In this document: piece after piece, positions 7,137 to 10,914 of the stretch
Layout of the letters: every line of letters begins with the position of its first letter
Numbering within the stretch: position 1 is the stretch's first letter
Made by a program: the position numbers and the translations under genes
The notes under the pieces: model-generated
What the model saw: the letters and a program-made list of their open reading frames with translations, nothing else
What the model was told of the DNA's origin: nothing
The model's database searches: none
NCBI GenBank assembly: GCA_946222435.1
Contig: CAMIOJ010000044.1
Location: 1-10,914, forward strand
Source of the DNA: an uncultured Micrococcus sp.
Lineage (GTDB): Bacteria; Actinomycetota; Actinomycetes; Actinomycetales; Micrococcaceae
Length of the DNA: 10,914 bases
Direction of reading: 5' to 3'

Positions 7137-7192
7137 GGGCGTCTGGGCGGGCTCCCAGCAGGTCCGCTGACGGCGAGATCGCCGCGGATCGC

Positions 7193-8170
7193 TCAGAGCT
7201 CGTGCAGCGGCTTCGGGCCGGCCGCGATCTCCGCCTCGATGTCCTGCTCTTCCTTCGCCCGCTTCCGGTTGCGGCGCTTGTCGTTGAGCAGGCACAGGCC
7301 GATCGCGACCGCGAACAGGGTGAACAGGGGCGCGGCCAGGTAGAACATGGTGATCGCGTCGCCGCCCGGAGCAGCGATCGCCGCGATCAGCGAGATGACG
7401 AACACGGTGATGCGCCAGTGCTTGAGGATGGTGCGGCCCGGCAGCATGCCGAGCATGTTGAGCCCGACCAGCAGCACCGGGAGCACCAGCGCGATGCCGA
7501 AGGCGAGGAACAGGCGGAGCAGGAAAGGGATGTAGACGTTGGCCGGGATGAAGTTGGTGCCGCCGTCGGGGATCAGCGCCGTGAAGAACTGGACGGCCTG
7601 CGGCAGGACCAGATAGCCGATCACCACGCCGCTGACGAAGAGGGGGATGGAGACGGAGAGGAAGGCGATCGCGTACTTCTTCTCCTGGGCCTTCAGGCCG
7701 GGCATGATGAACGCCCAGATCTGGTAGAGCCAGACCGGGCTGGAGAGGATGACGCCGATGAACAGGCCGACCTGAAGCAGGATGTCGAAGGACTGGCCCA
7801 CGGAGTCGAAGTTCAGCGAGGCGAGGATGCCCCGCTCCTGGGCGTCCTGCAGCGGCTGCGCCAGGGCGGCCATGACGGGCTCGTAGAGGAAGAACCCCGC
7901 CACCGTGCCCAGAGCGATGGCGATGCCGGACTTGACGATCCGATTGCGCAGCTCGGTGAGGTGCTCGCGCAGCGGCATCTCTCCGGTCGGGTTGTCCTTG
8001 CGGCGGGGCCGCCGACGTCGGCTCGCCGGTGCCGCCGCGGCCTCGCGGATCTCCTCCTGGGACACAGCGGGCGTGTCCTGGGCCAGGGCGCCCTGGGCCG
8101 GGCGCGCGGAACCCCCGGCGGCGCCGCCCGTGCCGGGCGCGCTGTCGGGGGTCGACTGCTCCATGCTCAT
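7193..8170 (-). CDS. tatC: Twin-arginine translocase subunit TatC (with ~64-aa low-complexity N-terminal extension)
   Basis: MPLREHLTELRNR..., six hydrophobic helices, and ...WLYQIWAFIMPGL..E.K... are canonical TatC motifs. The stop lies 23 nt after... rather, the tatA stop lies 23 nt before the tatC start. The exact start is ambiguous (ATG at 8170 or 8164). Mycobacterial TatC also carries an N-terminal extension. Third-codon positions are G/C-rich across the extension. Confidence 0.88.
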   Translation of the reverse strand: MSMEQSTPDSAPGTGGAAGGSARPAQGALAQDTPAVSQEEIREAAAAPASRRRRPRRKDNPTGEMPLREHLTELRNRIVKSGIAIALGTVAGFFLYEPVMAALAQPLQDAQERGILASLNFDSVGQSFDILLQVGLFIGVILSSPVWLYQIWAFIMPGLKAQEKKYAIAFLSVSIPLFVSGVVIGYLVLPQAVQFFTALIPDGGTNFIPANVYIPFLLRLFLAFGIALVLPVLLVGLNMLGMLPGRTILKHWRITVFVISLIAAIAAPGGDAITMFYLAAPLFTLFAVAIGLCLLNDKRRNRKRAKEEQDIEAEIAAGPKPLHEL

Positions 8171-8193
8171 GGGACGCTGTGGCCTCGGGACGG

Positions 8194-8472
8194 TCAGCGC
8201 TCGTCGGCGCGGTGGGAGCCCTCGCGGTCGTCGTGGGCGTCACGGTCGACGATGCGGCCCTCGACCGGGTCGGTGGCGTCGGCGGCACGCTCCTGGCCCT
8301 CGGCGTCCTTCTTGGTCTTGCCGTCGTTGCGCATCTCCTTCACCTCGGAGGAGAAGATGCGCATGGACTGACCCAGGTTGCGGGCCATGGCGGGCAGCTT
8401 CGGGGCAGCGAAGAGCAGCACCGCGAGGAGGACGATGATGACGAGCTGCCATCCCTGGAGTCCAGCGGGCAT
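8194..8472 (-). CDS. tatA: Twin-arginine translocase subunit TatA/E
   Basis: The 92-aa product MPAGLQGWQLVIIVLLAVLLFAAPKLPAMARNLGQSMRIFSSEVKEMRND... matches the TatA TM helix plus amphipathic helix (M. tb ...[28 protein letters not shown]). A strong SD (AAAGGAA) lies 7 nt upstream of the ATG. The longer ORF 8194..8916 in the track is an upstream over-extension that overlaps pafBC. Confidence 0.9.
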   Translation of the reverse strand: MPAGLQGWQLVIIVLLAVLLFAAPKLPAMARNLGQSMRIFSSEVKEMRNDGKTKKDAEGQERAADATDPVEGRIVDRDAHDDREGSHRADER

Positions 8473-8500
8473 GATGAGTTCCTTTCGTCGGAATTCCTGG

Positions 8501-10660
8501 TCACCAGCGTACAGCGGTTTCGAGCCGCTGCATCGCGGCGGCCGCCCGTTCGCGCACGGCGTGGCGCAGCTGGGCCGGTTCGAGCACCTCGAGGTCGCCG
8601 GCGTGTGCGGCCACGAGGGCGACGGCCGAGTCCTCGGAGACCAGGCGCACGCGGGTGATGCGGCGGCCGTCGGCGTCCACGGTCTCCTGATCGGGCGTGT
8701 AGTCGTCGGCGACGTCCCGGATGCGGTGCGCCCAGGCCAGCACCGCGGGCACGGCCGGGGCCTCGGGGGCCAGCACCGCCTTGGCGGGCCGGCGGCGGGC
8801 ACGCACGGTCTCCTCGAGGACCTCCACGTCGGACATCCGCTCGACGCGGAAGGTGCGCATGCCCCCGGCACGCCGGCAGTGGCCCTGCAGGTACAGCAGG
8901 ACGCCGGACTGCACAAGCTGCACCGGCTCCACCTCCCGTTCGGTCACCTCGTCCGTATGGAGGGAGTGGTAGCGCAGGCGCACGAGCCGGCTCCGGTCCA
9001 CGGCGTCCATGAGGACGCGGACGGTCTGCGGGTCGGCCTGGACGTCCCAGAAGGACGTCACCGGTGTCGCCGCGAAGGGCTCCTCGCCCGCATCGGGCGT
9101 CCCGACGGCGGCTCCCTCGCCCGGGTCGGGCGCGTCCCCGCCAGGCACCGTCGCCGGGGAGGGGTCCACGGAGAGGTCACCGCGCCCGTCCGGCCGGGGC
9201 TGTCCGGCGTCGTCCAGCAGCTCGCGCAGACGGGCCGCGGCGGTCACCGCGGCGGGACCGATCTCCTCGTCCCGGTGGGGCATCCGGGCGACCAGGTCCA
9301 GGGCGGCGGTCAGGCGGTGCGCCTCGGGCGTGGACAGACGGATCGGCGCCGGAAGGTCCTTGGACTGCAGCACCTCCACGATCTCCGACTCGGGGTCCAC
9401 GTCGAAGAGCCAGCCAGGGAACTCGCGCTCGGGCAGGCCGCAGGTGGTGAGGTCGCGCAGGTCGCGGTCCAGCTGGTCGGCCGAGAGCTCGAGCCGCTCT
9501 CGCAGCTCCGCCTTGGTGATGCCGCCGGAGCGGTTGGCCAACCCGACGATGTCCAGCAGACGGCCGACCCGGTCGCGCTGGCCCGGACGCAGGCGCGGGC
9601 TGCTCGGACGCTTCAACGCGGGGAGGACGGACAGGTCCGGATCTCCGGAGTGCCGGTCGCGGACACTCCCCCAGGCCTCGTACACCTCGGCGGCGAGGGC
9701 CGGGTCGGCGGCGGAGGGCTGGACCACGCCCATGAGCTGCCCGCAGACCTGCTCGAGGCCGTCGTGGGCGGGGCGGTCCATCTCGAACAGCTCCCAGCCC
9801 TCACCCGGGGCGGCGCCGTCGGCCGACTCCGGGTCCACGGCGACTGCGCGCAGGCGGACGGAATGACCCCGGCCCGGGGCCACCCAGAGCCGGATCCGTT
9901 CGCGCTCCCCCTCGCCGCGGCCGAGCAGTCGGTCGCGGATGTCGGCCGGGTTCCAGCCCACAGGGCGGGAGGGCGCATCCTCCGCGTCGGCGCCGGTGAG
10001 ACGTTTCGGGGTGCCGATCACGCGAGTGATCCGGAACAGGCGTTCCTGGCGGCGGTCGAGGTCCCAGCCGGCCGCATACCAGCGGCCGCCGACCTCCAGG
10101 GCGGACCAGACGCGCATGCGGCGGGGACGACCCTTCGGCGTGGTCTCCCCGGCTGCGGTGCGATACCCGAAGCTGAGGGTCTGCTGCTCCACGGCAGCGT
10201 CGAGGAACAGCTCGAGGCCGGGCGTGATCCGGCGGACGATGCGAGGCAGACCGCGGCCGTGCTCCTCGGTCGCTCCCGGATCCACGAAGAGGCCCACCGC
10301 GCGCATGACCTCAGACTGGAGCCGCGCCTCGCTCCACACCTCGCGGGCGTGGAGCAGGGCGCGGCGCTCCGCCGGACTGAAGTCGATCTCCGGCAGGACC
10401 AGGTCCTGCGCGTCGACCGAGTAGCGGGCTGGCCCTTCCTCGGGGCGGTCCACGGCGAGGGGCACGCCGATGTCGCGCAGGAGCGCGCGGTCACGTTGGA
10501 AGGACTTCTCGAAGTTCTCGTCGTCCAGCCCCTGGTACCCCTCCACGTCCCTGCGGATCTGCTCGGCCGTGTAGCCGCGGCGGGCGTGGAGGAGCATCAT
10601 GAGCAACGCGATCTGGCGCTCGGTGGTCCGGCGCTCCTGCTCCCCGGACGTGCGTGCCAT
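8501..10660 (-). CDS. pafBC: Naturally fused PafB-PafC (PafBC) WYL-domain transcriptional regulator of the DNA-damage response
   Basis: Two tandem HTH-WYL-WCX modules are present. HTH1 is residues ~12-70 (IALLMMLLHARRGYTAEQI) and WYL-like motif 1 is GRWYAAGWD (~192). A linker spans ~330-360. HTH2 is ~365-410 (VGRLLDIVGLANRSGGITKAEL) and WYL-like motif 2 is VLLYLQGHC (~588). The total of 719 aa is about PafB plus PafC. Its position next to tatA/tatC/helY matches mycobacterial pafB-pafC. Single-chain PafBC is known from Arthrobacter. Confidence 0.85.
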   Translation of the reverse strand: MARTSGEQERRTTERQIALLMMLLHARRGYTAEQIRRDVEGYQGLDDENFEKSFQRDRALLRDIGVPLAVDRPEEGPARYSVDAQDLVLPEIDFSPAERRALLHAREVWSEARLQSEVMRAVGLFVDPGATEEHGRGLPRIVRRITPGLELFLDAAVEQQTLSFGYRTAAGETTPKGRPRRMRVWSALEVGGRWYAAGWDLDRRQERLFRITRVIGTPKRLTGADAEDAPSRPVGWNPADIRDRLLGRGEGERERIRLWVAPGRGHSVRLRAVAVDPESADGAAPGEGWELFEMDRPAHDGLEQVCGQLMGVVQPSAADPALAAEVYEAWGSVRDRHSGDPDLSVLPALKRPSSPRLRPGQRDRVGRLLDIVGLANRSGGITKAELRERLELSADQLDRDLRDLTTCGLPEREFPGWLFDVDPESEIVEVLQSKDLPAPIRLSTPEAHRLTAALDLVARMPHRDEEIGPAAVTAAARLRELLDDAGQPRPDGRGDLSVDPSPATVPGGDAPDPGEGAAVGTPDAGEEPFAATPVTSFWDVQADPQTVRVLMDAVDRSRLVRLRYHSLHTDEVTEREVEPVQLVQSGVLLYLQGHCRRAGGMRTFRVERMSDVEVLEETVRARRRPAKAVLAPEAPAVPAVLAWAHRIRDVADDYTPDQETVDADGRRITRVRLVSEDSAVALVAAHAGDLEVLEPAQLRHAVRERAAAAMQRLETAVRW

Positions 10661-10680
10661 CGGCGGTGTCCGTTCCCGGT

Positions 10681-10914
10681 CAGTCGACCGAGACGAGGTC
10701 GCAGACGAAGATCAGCGTCTCGTTCGGGCCGATGGCGGAGCCGGCGCCGCGGGCGCCGTAGCCCAGGTGGGGCGGGATCTCGAGGCGGCGGCGGCCGCCT
10801 TCCTTCATCCCGATCAGGCCCTGGTCCCAGCCGGCGATGACCTGGCCCACGCCGACGGTCAGCGGCAGCGGGGTGCCGCGGTTCCACGAGGCGTCGAACT
10901 CCTCGCCCGTGGAC
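10681..10914 (-). CDS. FKBP-type peptidyl-prolyl cis-trans isomerase (partial; 5' end outside window)
   Basis: The 77 C-terminal residues ...STGEEFDASWNRGTPLPLTVGVGQVIAGWDQGLIGMKEGGRRRLEIPPHLGYGARGAGSAIGPNETLIFVCDLVSVD* match the FKBP signature (F.SS..RG.P..F.LG.G.VI.GWD.GL.GM..GG.R.L.IP..L.YG..G....IP.N..L.F...L). The stop lies 20 nt upstream of the pafBC ATG. The six-frame track does not list it because the frame has no in-window start. Confidence 0.8.

Noticed and set aside
7122-7192. Search for a PafBC RecA-NDp motif (TTGTCRGTG-N8-TANNNT) or a LexA Cheo/SOS box (TCGAAC-N4-GTTCGA) at the helY, tatC and pafBC upstream regions
   Set aside because: Neither motif was found by eye. The sequence upstream of TAGGCT does not resemble TTGTCRGTG. 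No DNA-damage regulation is claimed.
3954-7343. Long + strand ORFs (3954..6068, 704 aa; 6081..7343, 420 aa) antisense to helY
   Set aside because: They are low-complexity Gly/Arg/Ala/Leu-rich translations. The sense frame carries all helicase motifs and the GC3 signal.
7097-8371. 424-aa + strand ORF antisense to tatC/tatA
   Set aside because: It is an antisense artefact. tatC and tatA are unambiguous on the - strand.
8473-8916. Upstream extension of the tatA ORF (240-aa call 8194..8916)
   Set aside because: It overlaps the 3' end of pafBC in another frame. The TatA homology starts at the ATG at 8472, which has a strong AAAGGAA SD.
8378-10840. 820-aa + strand ORF antisense to pafBC
   Set aside because: Same reasoning. 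pafBC in the opposite frame has clear HTH/WYL architecture. This frame is Gly/Arg/His-rich with no recognisable motifs.
1-10914. Mobile elements, CRISPR arrays, tRNA/rRNA, toxin-antitoxin or defence-system signatures
   Set aside because: I recognised none of the following: terminal inverted repeats flanking a transposase-like ORF, spaced direct repeats, cloverleaf-like segments, or a local GC drop suggesting horizontal acquisition. The window reads as conserved core genome.

Overview
High-GC (~72%) actinobacterial chromosomal window, most consistent with Micrococcales because PafB and PafC are fused into one ORF as described for Arthrobacter. It is densely coding and looks like conserved core genome, not an accessory island. 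On the + strand, an SPFH/band-7 (QmcA/stomatin-like) protein at 61..1335 is followed by rbpA at 1432..1770. On the - strand, convergent with rbpA across a perfect 20-bp hairpin terminator, lie ppm1 at 1954..2688 and an amidohydrolase-like protein at 2912..3997 that has lost the HxH metal-binding motif. Further along the - strand comes the classic Pup-proteasome accessory block: a partial FKBP PPIase, a single-polypeptide PafBC (WYL-domain DNA-damage regulator), tatA, tatC, and helY (Ski2-like DExH helicase). I found no tRNA, rRNA, CRISPR or mobile element. I see no convincing evidence of a novel system. Four details are worth a second look. First, an exact GGAAT-N18-GTT (SigR/SigH-type) promoter sits upstream of rbpA. 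Second, helY and the amidohydrolase-like gene share a near-identical leaderless-type -10 module (CACTAGGCTGGG) 6-7 nt before their start codons. Third, HelY carries an expanded Arg/Gly-rich low-complexity insertion. Fourth, several proteins have lineage-specific disordered extensions. The many long reverse-strand ORFs in the six-frame track are high-GC antisense artefacts.
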